A stretch of DNA of 64,000 nt from Lingula anatina (Eukaryota > Animalia > Brachiopoda), in NCBI GenBank assembly GCA_051362555.1, contig CM120640.1, positions 52,616,788 to 52,680,787 of the forward strand, in the 5' to 3' direction. A model generated the notes under the pieces. The model saw only the letters and a program-made list of their open reading frames with translations. It was not told where the DNA came from and searched no databases. The translations under genes and the position numbers were made by a program. Positions 38,466 through 51,801 of this stretch are shown piece after piece. Each line of letters begins with the position of its first letter. Positions within the stretch are counted from its first letter, which is position 1.

Positions 38466-40104
38466 CAAATACCTGGCACCCTGCTTTAGAATGCCACAGT
38501 TTGCCAAACCTGGTACATGTGTTTGGCACTGTAAAGTAGCCAGCAATTAGTACTTATTAATTTGCTGTTTTTCTTGTCTCGGAAGTGTTGTTTTTTGTAC
38601 CTGTAATGAGGATGGATATTATTGGATGACATGTTGCAGTGACCATAGGGTGTTGATACTTGCTAAAAAAATGCTCATTTTTTCTTAACAATTCATTAAT
38701 TCAATTATAGTGTCCATTATTTAGAAATGACAAATAGCTTATATCAGTGTATGGTTAAAAGAAAAACTCCCAACATTTTATTAGCAGCTGAAACAATACT
38801 TAAAATTGGTTCATCTGGAAATCTAACTTTTCAGCTTCAGCTGTGCTCCATCATAGATGTATGATGTATGATGCACATACCGTATATGATGGAACCAAAA
38901 TTTCAGCACTATTGTTAAGCTTAGATATTGCTTAAGGCCATTACTCTGGGAAAGGTAATATTTAGTGGCCATGTCTTCATCAACAGGTTAGTGGATGTGT
39001 AGGACTAAACAGCTGTCCCCTCTACATTTCAGAGACCATGATTCATCAAATAATGTACACCTACAACAAATGGCAAACTATGTTGATGACCAAAGTTTCA
39101 ATTTGTAGTTTCCATGTACAATATAATTTAACAATTACCCACACTTGATTAACTATACATGTTGTATTTATACCTCTTATGAAAGCACTTAAGCCTTTCA
39201 AGCAGAAAAGATTAACAGGTTCTCAATAGCCTGGCACTATATTCTTTGTCTTGTGTGCTCCTTGCCGCTGCCTTTAAAGTTGCAGGATATCAAAGCAACC
39301 TCACTAAATACCTCCTTCATAAGGTAAACACACAGAAGTAGATGATCAATAGTCCCGGCCAGCAAGTCAAAACACCACAGAGGAATGCGAAGGTGATCAG
39401 CACATTGATTGCAACAAAAATATCAGACAGAGAATGGTTTAATAATTCTCTGATACTTACATTAGATGGCTGACTAGACAGAAAATTTCCAATGTTTCAA
39501 TGTGAGATCGAATGTTTTATTTGATAATAAGAAAGCTATTTTTAACCCACTCAAGTAGGGACGGAATTACTTGATCATATACTGGTGTGGCTAGACATAG
39601 GTGTACGCAGGAGACCCTTGACCCAGGTCACCATTAATGATTTGACCACATGCAAGTAATGGTGGTTTTTTAAAAGGGTATTTTGGAAGGGGAGTGCTTT
39701 GATAAGTAGTTAAGAACAGTTTGATAAAAAGGAAAAAAAAGACAAAACCAGGGTTTCTTTCATGCTTTTAGAGAATTTTTGCCCAACTTATGGTTGTCTT
39801 ATTTAAATGAGGGATAAAAACAAAAATGATTTTTAGTCATTTTGTCATATCATGTGATTGATTACCCTCATATGACTAACATGTGCCATGTTTAAAACTT
39901 CTGTGTCAAAAATAACTTTTTTTAACAGAATGAATGTTTACATTGAATACTTACGTTTCCACTTGTGCAAAACTGCCTCATTGTTTGAATATTGGTATTT
40001 ACTTCATTATTTCTGAAGGATGTGACATGCCTTTGGGATATAGGCACAGGCTATCTTCATAGACATAGACAAGTTCATGGCACAAAAAAAAATTAAAATT
40101 TAAA

Positions 40105-40252
40105 TAGTTGGGGGGTCTTTTTCTTAAAAAGTGGACCTTTTACCACTTAACCTACGAGTACTTGGATCAGAATTTTGCCCGAAGTGTACCTTTTCCCAGC
40201 AAAAAGGATGGTCCCTTTGAATCTCCTGAACCCCGCTCTGGCTACGGGCCTG
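40105..40252 (+). mobile_element. 3' fragment of a MITE ending CTGGCTACGGGCCTG
   Basis: Seen: ...GAACCCCGCTCTGGCTACGGGCCTG terminus and a few CpGs retained in a depleted intron. No matching left TIR or TSD found; the assignment rests on resemblance to common CAGGCCCGTAGCCAG-type MITE ends. Confidence 0.45.
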
Positions 40253-43200
40253 GATTATCTGTCTGTTTGAGAAATGATGGAGTAAAATTTTACAAGAGAG
40301 TTGTTTTGTTATAATCCCAGCTATATTATACAGTATAGCATTTGAGATGCACACATTACTTGCCCTCAATACCCAGTAGCAAGATTAGACTGTTAAAATG
40401 GTGATGGGTTTGGGATCAGCATTGTTGTACTGTGTATTGTGTGGTAGGCTAAAAGGTAATGTAAATGGCTTACTCCATTGCATAATCACCATTGCATTTT
40501 CATGGGTGACATAAGTGGCCATTTCATGGTTAATGCCCTAGACTGCATTTGTTACAGCGAACAATCAAGAAATAGGATTTTGAATTATGGCTTTGAAAAA
40601 TACATTTCATCTGGTATTCTTTTGAAAATTAATCTGGTTTCAAATCCTCACCAAAAATAAGTGTTATGGATTATTCTATAACTGTGTTATGAAGAATTAC
40701 TTGCCCGCCCCCCCCCCCCCCCCCCCCCCCCCATCAGCAAGCACTTACTTTATTTATTTATTTATCAGTGGTGTTGAGTACTTGCTGATGTGTAAGTTTG
40801 TTTATCTTTTACTCCAGAACTTGATATTATTGAAACGTAACATCTATTACAGAATACAAGATTAATGTGTTTTATTGGGTAATTTAAATTTACATGTAAG
40901 TGTTCTGGCACATGCTCCTGATTGCAACCTGCGCACTGATTTCATGTTGAGACTCAACAAAAGTTGTATTGAGATTTAAATGAAAAAAAGTTTTAAAGTA
41001 CAATATCAATACTGCAGTGATAATTTTCAGGTTTGAAGTAACTTATTACATCATGTCTCTACATACTTTTTTGTCTCAGTTGGTTGGAACTATACAGACT
41101 TGCATCTGTTGTCAAATATTATGTGGATAGGAAATTTGTTTTGAACAAGTTGATATCATATGTCTAAAAACCTTATTAAAGGCATGAATTTCTTTAACCC
41201 CAAGAAGCTGAGAACATCTGTTACAGAATATTTAGTTGTTTTTTTTAATTTGGACAATTCCAAATCTCATCTAATAGTTCCAGCAGCTCTTTGTGGTAGA
41301 AAAAAAAAAAAAAACAGATTCAACCTGTGCCTGTCCTTCATTATGAACAGTAGGACTGCACAGGACTAACATGAGTTATGAAACATCTGTTACCCAATGT
41401 TAAATGAGTATGATAGCTTTTCATTAATCATCTGCAATTTTGTTTTAACAAATGTCAGAGCGAGCCAATGTGATAGATTTTTAAAAAATTAATCTCCCTG
41501 CCAATCCAATATATGCTTTCTGTCTTTTGCCCAGGTGAAAGGAAGCATTTAGTCACTTTTACTGTTATATTATTGCTCCCCACCCAAGGTGGGATGCATG
41601 AAGAATTTGAAGAGTTTAAAAGTCAAACAGTTTTGCCTCAGGCGATCTGAAATAAAGACGTTGTATATGGACACAGATGACAGAGAGGGGGGGGGGGGGG
41701 GGTGAGAGGGAGAGAAAGGGGTGTATGATATCTACTCCACCCTAATGCCTGCATTTCCTAGTGATGTCTGTGTTAGCCTGTGCACATATACCTAGTGGTA
41801 TCTGTATATTTTGGATACAGAAACCTACAGCATAAGTGCACAGAGGGCAAGTGAACAGTGTGTTGTTAAGTCCACCTGAACTTGGAACTAAGTGTATGAC
41901 ATATAACCTTGCAGGTGTCCCTCTCATGAGTCATATTGTTTTCACTGCCAGACAGCTTGGAGCTAGCATCACATGTTTCTTTACATAAGATTGACCTTCT
42001 TAAAAAATGAAAAAAATAATCTGTGAATGAAAAAATCAATTGAATTTATGTTTTATTTTTTGTATTTTGATGATAAAATGGATCTTGAAAAGAATGGGAG
42101 GAATAAGATCACCACAGAATCACACCTATCTTGTCTTGATGTTCAGTTTAGCCTGGGTCTGTATAGTGGGCCCTGAATTTAGCACTACCATCCCACAGCC
42201 CAACTGCTCTCATTATGTCATGTCCAAGAAATTATGTGATATATGCTAATACATGTAATTGACTTATGGGCATCATTTTAAATTCATTACTGACTTGAAT
42301 GTAGGTGGTCAGGTAATAAAGGAACCAGGATGGTGCTTGCATGAGGAAGATGCAATGTCACTGTTGTCTTAGTAGATATTGGCATTGTAAGTTCAATAAC
42401 ATATTTAGAATGTTTGATGACTGTATGGAAATAGTAAGTAGGTATTTTTTTGTTTATAAATTTTTGATACATTTGCTTAAGGCAACTTGGACCTTAATTT
42501 GTTGTATGCAAAGTTATTTTTGAAGTTTGGTGGTACATGTATTTTGGCTCGGGTTTTCTTTTGACCTACACTTATTTCTGACCCTATCTTGTATCTTGGC
42601 TGGTAACTTGGAGAAATTGTAATCATGTCATGTTATAAAGTGAGATCAAGTTGTGTAACAGTCAACTGTGCCATGGATTGGTGCCTGTACTTACAACAAT
42701 TCTGAAAACTTTGACAACCTGGGATAGGATAAAAAGATAAAAGTATGTAAAAAATGTAAGTTTGTGTTGACAAGAAAAAGGTAGGTCCAAACATAATGTT
42801 TATTAATGTTGTTTTAGATGGGGACATTAGGTTTTTCTGGATATTTGACAGATATATGACAGTAAAAGAAAACTGATCTTCACAGTTTGGAATGTGTCAC
42901 AGCTACACGGAAATGATTTCTTTAGAGGACATGTGTCGTGTTAACCTTGACCTACTGAGTACGACCTTTGCAACTAGCAGACAGCAGATGGTGACCTCTG
43001 ACCCTAAGCAGTTACTTTGTCAAAGTTCAGATGTCCGAAATAATATAGGCAGTTACAAAGTGTCATTCACTGGAGTGAAGCATAATAGTTGGTGGCATGC
43101 AGCCATTTACAAAAAATAAAAAAAAAATGTCTTGAAGAGTTAGGGAAATATATTATTAAAGTTAATAGCAGGAAGCAGTTTATAAGAAAAAGATTGTTAT

Positions 43201-43438
43201 GTAGCATACCCGTCTTATACCCTAAAGCTTTTCAGTTGATTGCAAGTGTTAATAGTGCTCTTGAAAAGTAGGGGTTTTTTAAATAAAATACAGTATAATT
43301 GTATGGCATTTTTAGAATATATGGTTTGCATTGAAAAATGCAGATGATTCATTAAGTCCTACATGTATCTTGTTGATCTTTTTTTTTTTACCATCAAGAA
43401 AACAAATCAGTTACATTATATCCCTGCCAACAACTCAA

Positions 43439-43548
<110 letters not shown>

Positions 43549-44053
43549 TTGAGTATTGTTTCTTTGATGCCCTCTTGATCTTAGTCACTTTAAAATCTTT
43601 ATTCCTGGTACTTGGTAACGACATCCCACTTACCACTCAAGAAACATACCATTTATATTAGAAGTCCACCTAAAAAATACATCTTCTTGATAAAATTGCC
43701 CCCTTTTTAGTTCCTGTTAACATACATAAAATTTCTTGGAAAGTGATGAGAGGTGATGCAGCAGATGGCAGTTTACATTTGATTGCATCTGGTGACTGAT
43801 GACTTCAAGGCATGATTATACCAAAAATGAGGTCACCCCAATTATTTTTATGGTAATGAGCAAGAACCTTAGCATGCCTTGCAGGGTTACATGTAAAATT
43901 ATAAGGACTGTAATTGATAACCAATTATATGATATTAATTTTACATTTAATGTTTGGGAAGTGGCAGTTTAATAACTTGTTTTCTGTGGCCGTTTTACTT
44001 CTAAATTGAATTTAATCTGCACAAACTGTGAGGCACTTGTTATCAGGGACTAG

Positions 44054-44176
44054 CAGTGTTAGAAATTAAGGCTGGACCGTCTGCCCAGGGCTGACAACTT
44101 TCAGAATGGGCTGAGATGTTTTCCCACCCGGCAGACTTTCGGTCCAGCAACTTATTTTCCTAAGAGGCAAACACTG
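44054..44176. mobile_element. Small hAT-like MITE (123 bp)
   Basis: Seen: TIRs CAGTGTT / AACACTG and perfect 8-bp TSD GGGACTAG (44046-44053, 44177-44184). Known: CAG termini with an 8-bp TSD are typical of hAT. Confidence 0.85.
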
Positions 44177-44509
44177 GGGACTAGTATACAGTTTATCAGT
44201 TTTGTGCAAAATTTCTCAAAAAATAAGGTGTCTTTTTAACTTTGCAACCTGATATCTTAATTTACAAAGTTTCCCTTTTTTTTGTGAAATATTCTGATAA
44301 ATGACCATTTGTATGTACTACATTTATTTCTGTTGAAAATTATATGCCCAATGTCTTATTTTAAAATAAATGTTGTTTGTCCTTATTCAAATGTCTAATC
44401 AGTTGTGGATTTTTTTTTTTTTTTTGAGGGCAATGATATTAGATATATCACCTTCTCTATAAGATGATTCTGCTTCTTTATATATTGAAATGCTCTATGG
44501 TTGTTTCAG

Positions 44510-44676
44510 GCTGGCACCCTATACTGCTTGGTAACAGAATATGCTGCAGGAGGGGAGCTACTTAGCTACATTAGAACACAGAAGGACTGCAGGCTCTCTG
44601 AGCAGCAAGCATGGCCATATGTACGCCAACTTATTTCAGCACTCTGCTACCTGCACGAGAGAGGCGTGGTGCACAG
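44510..44676 (+). CDS. HUNK-like kinase, coding exon 3 (hinge, alphaD/alphaE, VVHR)
   Basis: Seen: ttgtttcAG acceptor, 167 nt, AGTLYCLVTEYAAGGELLSYIRTQKDCRLSEQQAWPYVRQLISALCYLHERGVVH(R), CAG|GTAAG donor, phase 0/2; in frame with exons 2 and 4. Confidence 0.95.
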
Positions 44677-47600
44677 GTAAGGGTCACTATATTAAGGCAA
44701 GCCCCCCTCACATACAGACATGCATACCTTGCAGACCACCATATCAGTGGCCCCACATGTACAAAGCTGACTTTACATCCCTTATAGCCCTCTTATTAGA
44801 CATCATCATAATACTGCATTAATGGGGATCATCCAAGTTTACCCAAATTTCTGAGTCTTAGTATAAAAACAGCAATATTTTGTGGTACTTGAAAGACAGA
44901 GGGGCCAGAAATGTCAGACTATCAAGTGCGGTGAAGTTATGAAAAAAAGCTGACAGAATTTATCAGAACATATATCTTTCTGTTTTTTTTCTCTTAACTT
45001 CTATAGAATGACAGTCTGTTGCACAACTACAAATTCACCGTGTTGTGCATGCCATGTTTGTATTACTTTCCCGGCACATAGGGTTTCACCTTTTTTCTCA
45101 AAAATGTTAGCGCAGATGCTCACACATTTTCTAGTCTCATATGATGTCATGCAGTGCTGACAGTCTCATCTCACATGATCTCCATTACCTAGGATTTTTT
45201 CAGGCTCCTGATACATACTTTTCATTGAGCCCTCTACCACCCCGACCTCCTGTATCTGTATTAGCATCTGTAGCTGTAGCTGTTCTGCCTTGTGGACCAC
45301 TTGGATTTTCATCTCTCTCTGCATCAGATCTTCAGGCCCCTTGTCAGCAGTACTGGACATTTACTCCTATCAGGCTGATTTATCCCTATCAGGCCTCTTA
45401 GAAACATACAGCTATGGCACTTATTCCCTTATGAGTCTTGGTCATGCAGATACCTTGCTAGCCCCTGGTGTCTCCTTTTTCTGACTACTCTGAACAGATC
45501 CTATTGCAGGGTTAATGAAAAAGCAATTGAAGTGAATTGTTTAAACTATGAGTGAGGGACTGGATTTAATGTGAGGAAAGAAAAAGATAAGCTGTATAAT
45601 TGTAGTTATTCTGGAGTAGATTACTCAGTTCATATTAAATGCTCATTTTCAAGCATCGTTGGGCTTTTAACATTATGAGTAAGAGAAATCAATACACGTT
45701 GACAGTTTTCAAAGGCACATTTTGTCATTTTATCAGAATTTTCCTGGGACATTTGATTTGTACTATATCTCTTTGTGGTCAGATTTTATCTGTGATGAAA
45801 AAGATGCATTAAATTATGGTGTAATTCATATACATGTGTATGTTGCTCAAGATTTTTTTATCACTCATTGTGAAATTTTTGCTTGCTCTTCATTTTTTAC
45901 TGCTTTTGAAACGTGCGGGTCATTTTTCCAAAGCTGCCACCAGGAACTTTCTATGGTGTACGTCATATATCGCATAAAATATGTATGGGTTTTTAAAAAT
46001 AATAACTAATATTGTATACAATATCAACTATTAAAACAATGGCATCCAAGCAACACAAAAAATCTTTTCTTGAAACATTACCCAGAGGTTGCAATTTAGC
46101 ATAGTTTCAGAACACATTTGATTTTTGCTACTTATATGTGCAAATTCTCCATGTATATAATTTTGAGTTTGGATTGAAACTGTATCCCATAACACTGTGC
46201 AGAGGGTAAGTTCAGTGCCGTAAGTTCAAGTCAAGAATGTAGCCACCTGGTGTCCTCACAATGTGACAGCTCTAGCTTCATAATTCTGCACCATTGTACA
46301 TGTCCAAACATCCCTGTAATGAATGAGTGATAGGCACTGACATTGGATAGGAGGCTGACTAAGCATGCTGGACCCCCTTGGTGGAAACAGGTGTGTGGTG
46401 CCCCCCCTCCCTCCCCCCATGTGGCACGATGCTTCAGAACTCCCAACCTCCTTTGATCCACAGTAGAACACTAAAACATATGGATTTACACCTTTGAGGG
46501 GGGGGGGGGGGGGGGGAGAGAGAGGAGTCACATTGGTTCCTGTGTGACACAAAAGCATATCATTTCTTCAACCCTTTATTTCTGATAAGAATATCTGGTT
46601 AATGCAGTAACCCAGCTGTCTATGATACAAAAATAAATTGACACATTTTAGTATCCTATGTCCATTAAAAGTTATACAAAATTATGTCAACAATAGAGAG
46701 TTAAGGCATTTGCAAGTTGGATGTGCACTTAATGGGCAAACTAATAAATTCATATGGGACTGCATATATTCTATGCATAAACAACTTTAGAGCTGTGGTC
46801 CATATACTAAGTTGGTCACTTTGGTCAATAAAGCACAATTTTTTAAGCAATTTTTTTCCTGAAAAAAGAAAAAAAAAGTACACATCCCTTGCAGGTCCAA
46901 TTTGTCTGTTTGTCTGCATGTATAATCTTTCTTAAATGTTGGTATTACTGGCTGATTACTGGAAAGAGAAGCCAATGCCCTGTGCAAGACAACACACACC
47001 TCAGATAGTACCAGCAAGTGGTATGAAAATGGTTAATCAGATTTAGCTCAGGTCTTATTGGGCAGATGAAAAATACACAGCACACAGAGACTATCTGTAA
47101 CATCTACATGCACAACTGTTGATTTGTGATGTTTTATAAATTAACAGACATGGTCAGTATTTAACTTTTTAAAGAGGTTCCCACGCCACTGATATGTAGT
47201 GGTGCAGTCCTTTGGCAAGTCCGAATATAGCATTTTGTGAATTCTTTCTGTGTTGGTCACTGAGCAGCAATGTGTAATCGATCTCAAGACCAGAAAAAAC
47301 TCAATGTCTAAAGGGATTTGACCACCTTGTAAGTCAGTCGGCTAACCTTTTCAGGAGCAAAGCTCTCTGTTGATATTTTTTTCACTTCTCGGTGGATTCT
47401 GTTAAAGGTACATACGAACCGAGCATCGGTGGAGTGTGGATTCCCAGTAACACATGTAAACCACTTCTACTAGATTCTTATATGACTCAAATAATTTCGA
47501 CATGCCAAGGGATAAACTGAATAGATCACTCGATCGGCCATAAAAGACCTTTAGACTGCTCCTTTCTTTAAATTTATGGTTGTAAATTTAACCTACTTCC

Positions 47601-48029
47601 GTGACCTACTTTCCTGCCCCATTGACATACAGCTTAGAATACCAGCAGAAAAATCTGTTCAAACATCACTTTGGGGTAAAATTAAACAATGCCTTTTGGT
47701 AATTCTCTTAGTTATACTACTTGTAACTATATGCTGGCATTTGGTTGGTTTTTGTGACAAAAAATTGACTTTGTATGCATCTTTAAGTATTTTAAGTCAG
47801 ATTTAGAGATATGTCTGTGTTAGTGTGCATGCATGCATGCATGCATATGTCAGCTGATGTGTGTGTATGAGTGTGTGTATGCACACATGTGTGCGGGGGG
47901 GGGTGTATACACACACTCAATAGAAATGTTCACTGAATAATAATTAAAATTGCTCGCAGTATAAGGATCCCCATATACACACCCCATAAGTTCTTGAAAG
48001 TTTCAAATATCTTCTCAAATATACATTTG

Positions 48030-48456
48030 GGTGCACTTCTATATTCTGAATGTACAGATAGAGTGCAAAAATAGCACAAAAAGATAGCAAGATCTCACAG
48101 GAGAATATACGCATACAGATAGCAAAATGGCTTCTTTGACACGAAGGTTAGTGATCGCTTTAATTATGCAACTAATGCAATTTGTGGTGTGAGGCTGTGG
48201 CATCAATAAACTTATTCAGAATACTTATCTTCAATCAGAATAGCCAACATTTGGAATTGCTAACCCTTTTTTTCTTCAGAATATCCAAATCTTTTTTTTT
48301 TTTTTTTTCAGGATAGCGAACCTTACTAAAAGCAAACCCTTTTTCCTTCGAAATAGCAAACTTAGGAAAAGTGTTCGATTTGAGATCAAGGTACCTTTAG
48401 CTTTCAAAATAGCAAACCTTCAGAATAGCGAACCAACGGAACATAGAGCTGACCCC
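48030..48456. mobile_element. Older relative of family C (8-bp TSD)
   Basis: Seen: termini GGTGCACTTC... / ...GCTGACCCC (young copy: GGCTGCGCTTC / GCTGTCCCC), decayed TTCAGAATAGCGAACC repeats, TSD TACATTTG at 48022-48029 and 48457-48464. Confidence 0.75.
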
Positions 48457-48628
48457 TACATTTGAGGTCCAACAATGTACCAATTATTTTCAAATAAAAA
48501 CAAATCAACAGACATTGTCCCACTAGGAGCACTGTAAGCACTGTAGTTGTGTTTGATTCTGAATAGTTGATATTACCAAAATGGCTTAAGCTCTACATTT
48601 GCTCATTCACACATTTGGTGAATTCTAA

Positions 48629-48843
48629 GGCTGTATTCCCAGAGCTTTTAGATCGATCTATCCCTGCGGGGAGTCTCACTAGATTACTGTCAGATAATCC
48701 GGCTTAAATGTCTGTCCCGCCTACTACAAGCTGTAAGGGGGTAATTAACTTTTGTGTCTGCTTGGCTGACAGCTATTTAGCGTGAACCCCCAGGGAGTTA
48801 GGTCGATCTAAAGTTGATCAATCTAATCTTTGGAAATGGGGTC
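48629..48843. mobile_element. MITE family B (PIF/Harbinger-like), copy 2, TAA TSD
   Basis: Seen: homologous to 27471-27670 and flanked by TAA (48626-48628, 48844-48846). Known: a 3-bp TWA TSD with GG/GC termini fits PIF/Harbinger. Confidence 0.8.
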
Positions 48844-51749
48844 TAAGGTTTCCTGGCTTATATTCCATGTTAAGACAGTGGCAGCTACTGATCTGCCAAA
48901 GAAAACAACAAGTGGCAGATGACATCCAACCACATGTAACCATAACAACGGTAGCACTTAATCTTGATGAAGTCCCTCTAAATGTCCCCCCTCTCTCCCT
49001 ATCCTAGTTGTGCCATTTGCAGTTGGCTTAGAACAGGTAATAATGTTAAGGACATAGTTAACTGTAATCGTATCATAAAACAGAAATCCTGGCAATGTAA
49101 TATTCTTTGTAACTGTTTATTATTATTATTTTTTTAAATATTTAATTTATATTTTTCTAAAAAAGACGATTTTGTTAAACAACTGTTTGGTGCAGTTAGG
49201 TGTGTTCTTGAGACCAGAGTTCTGTGTGTCTTTGATATGATCTTTCTTCCTTTCCATCTGCCCCCCCTCCCCTGACCCTTCCACAAAATTCAGCATTTAG
49301 TGTGTTTATACATGCATTCAGTTGTGGTTTGATTTTTTTTTTTTTTTTACTAGTGTGTCTGAATAAATTTGTTAGTGTCTCATTGTTGGAACATACTTTC
49401 ATTCAGCTGCCAGCAGAATGTCAATTAAAATCTGGTATTTTATTTTAAGTGAGTATGTGCTTGTTGTGTATTTTGGATGACTAGTAATTTGTTGAGCAGA
49501 CCATGGACAACATTGCAGGGCGGAGTGTCTGGGTTATGTGGTTTTATGATTCACAGCGTGGGTATGCAGGTAGATTGTGCAGCTGGAAAAGTAAAACTTT
49601 TACTTGAGTGAACACATTTCAAGATATCAAATGCATGTGCATGTACAAGATTATGTTAATTCAAATACAAATTCCACATGTAATTGCAAGTGATAACCCA
49701 GCCTCCCATCCATTTTACAGGGGACCTTTTTTAAAGCTTGCAAAGTAGATGTTAGTAAGACTTATGTAATACAAAAATCAGCAATGAAATTATTCTATTT
49801 TTGAATCTGATGTCATGTTTGATGTCTTAATACATGCAATGTAATTTGATATACTTGTTATCATGAAAGAAATTCATTAGTATTACACTTTGGTGTGCAG
49901 TATTTACTGTATAAACTGTTATTTCACATAGTAAATGATTAGATAAGCAGTGTGATGACTGAGTTGACAAGGTCGTTTTGCACAGTGTGTCTTTGTCTTG
50001 CTTCCAAAAAACTGAAAATGAGAGCTCACTGCATCAACTTTGCCACATCCTCAGGCAGGTAGAACATGTTGTAACATGCAGGCTCTCACTACCTGTGGCG
50101 CCCCCTTTCATTGATTTTTTTAGTCCCTGGTCATACCCTGGGACTTGCATAAGTTTGCCATAGATGCGTACAGCATCAGATATTCTACTGTCTGATAGGT
50201 CTTTTTTTTTTTTGGTAAAGTCCCAGCATGGTCACCTTATTAAAAAGAATTAATGGTTTAAGAATAACCCCACTCCCCCCAGCCCATCTAAAAAAATAAA
50301 GCAAATGTTTATGAGCTTGCAACCCAGTAGAGTGATAATCAGTAAGCACTGGAAAAGTACTGAGGACCCAAGGGGAAATTTTCAATTGTTTTTTCACATC
50401 AAAATCCTGTTTTTAATATGTTGTCTTAAAATTTTGACTTAAATGTTGAAAAGTAATTAGAAGATTGTTGTTTTATTATCTGTAGCACACCACCTCTCAA
50501 GTAACGTATTTGTCTGCTACCTCCAGGTAAAACCTTATCTGGTGGGAAATCACCAGTCTCAGTCTTTTAGTCTGGTTGTATTCAGGTGATTTGTTTAGAC
50601 AACTTAACTCATTATAAGGATACATTTTGGAGATAAGTGGGTATAGATGAACTGTCTGTTATTTGACTTATCACTGAAAGGGGAGCAGAGATAGATATAC
50701 TAAAAAGAGTTACAGACCCTTCTGTAAAATTTTAACTGTTGCACTCATATATGTAATACACCATTGTATCCATCAGATTTTTTGCAGAAAGATTTCGAAT
50801 GAAATGAAAGCCATGTGAAGGATGTTTAAAGGGTGATTGGAGCTTCTTGTGCATTCTTGATGCATTTATTTATTATATTGTTTATGTTATTTCTTCAAAA
50901 ACAGATAAAAGGTTATGAAACTGATGATAGGTTCTTGACTTGGCAGTGGCAGAAGGTTAAATGTATATTTGATATTTCATTTATCATATAAAAGAAAGAA
51001 AAGAAAAGATGTCAGTTGTTATTTATGTGGGCTGTTTTTTGTAATCCAGATTTGCATTGAAAAGAAAGTACATCTTTTGCAAGGATATTGAGCAGCAGAA
51101 AAAAAGCCATGATGCAGAGAGTTTCTGACAGCTCATTAAATCTTCATACAATGTTATCAGTCATGATTAAGAGAAAATGTTGAAGTTCACATTTTTGTAT
51201 AATGGTTTACTTCTCATTTGAAGTTGTATTCTATTCACATGTTGCAGGAGTTTTTCTTTCATGTGTTAATTGATGACAGAGACTGAATTTCATATACAAC
51301 AATATAAAATGGAAGATGCAACAATAAAAAATGTAAGATGCAACTATCAATTCGAGATATACAGGGCTAGTGCTGGTCTGAAGCCTTTATAAAGGGGCCC
51401 TTTTACAGGGTCCCTGGCAAAAAAGTCTTTAATGTATATATCTGACATCCTTTATCAAGGGCCAATGGAGTCGAGTCATTCCACTGCATACCTACATGTA
51501 AGTTACATTTGCTACCCAATGAATCTGCACCCACCCCCACCCCCCTTCAATGCCATACATAGTTATTCATGCACAAACTTCAAATAATGTAGAAGACATA
51601 TTATAAACTAAATTTTACAACATGCATTTTGTGTAAATTTAAATTGAATACAAAGAAGCAGAGATGATAGAATTATAAGATGGCCTAAAGATGATAAAAA
51701 GGTTATGATAGTGTATGTGGACTTTAATTTATTTATTTGTTTGTTTATT

Positions 51750-51801
<52 letters not shown>

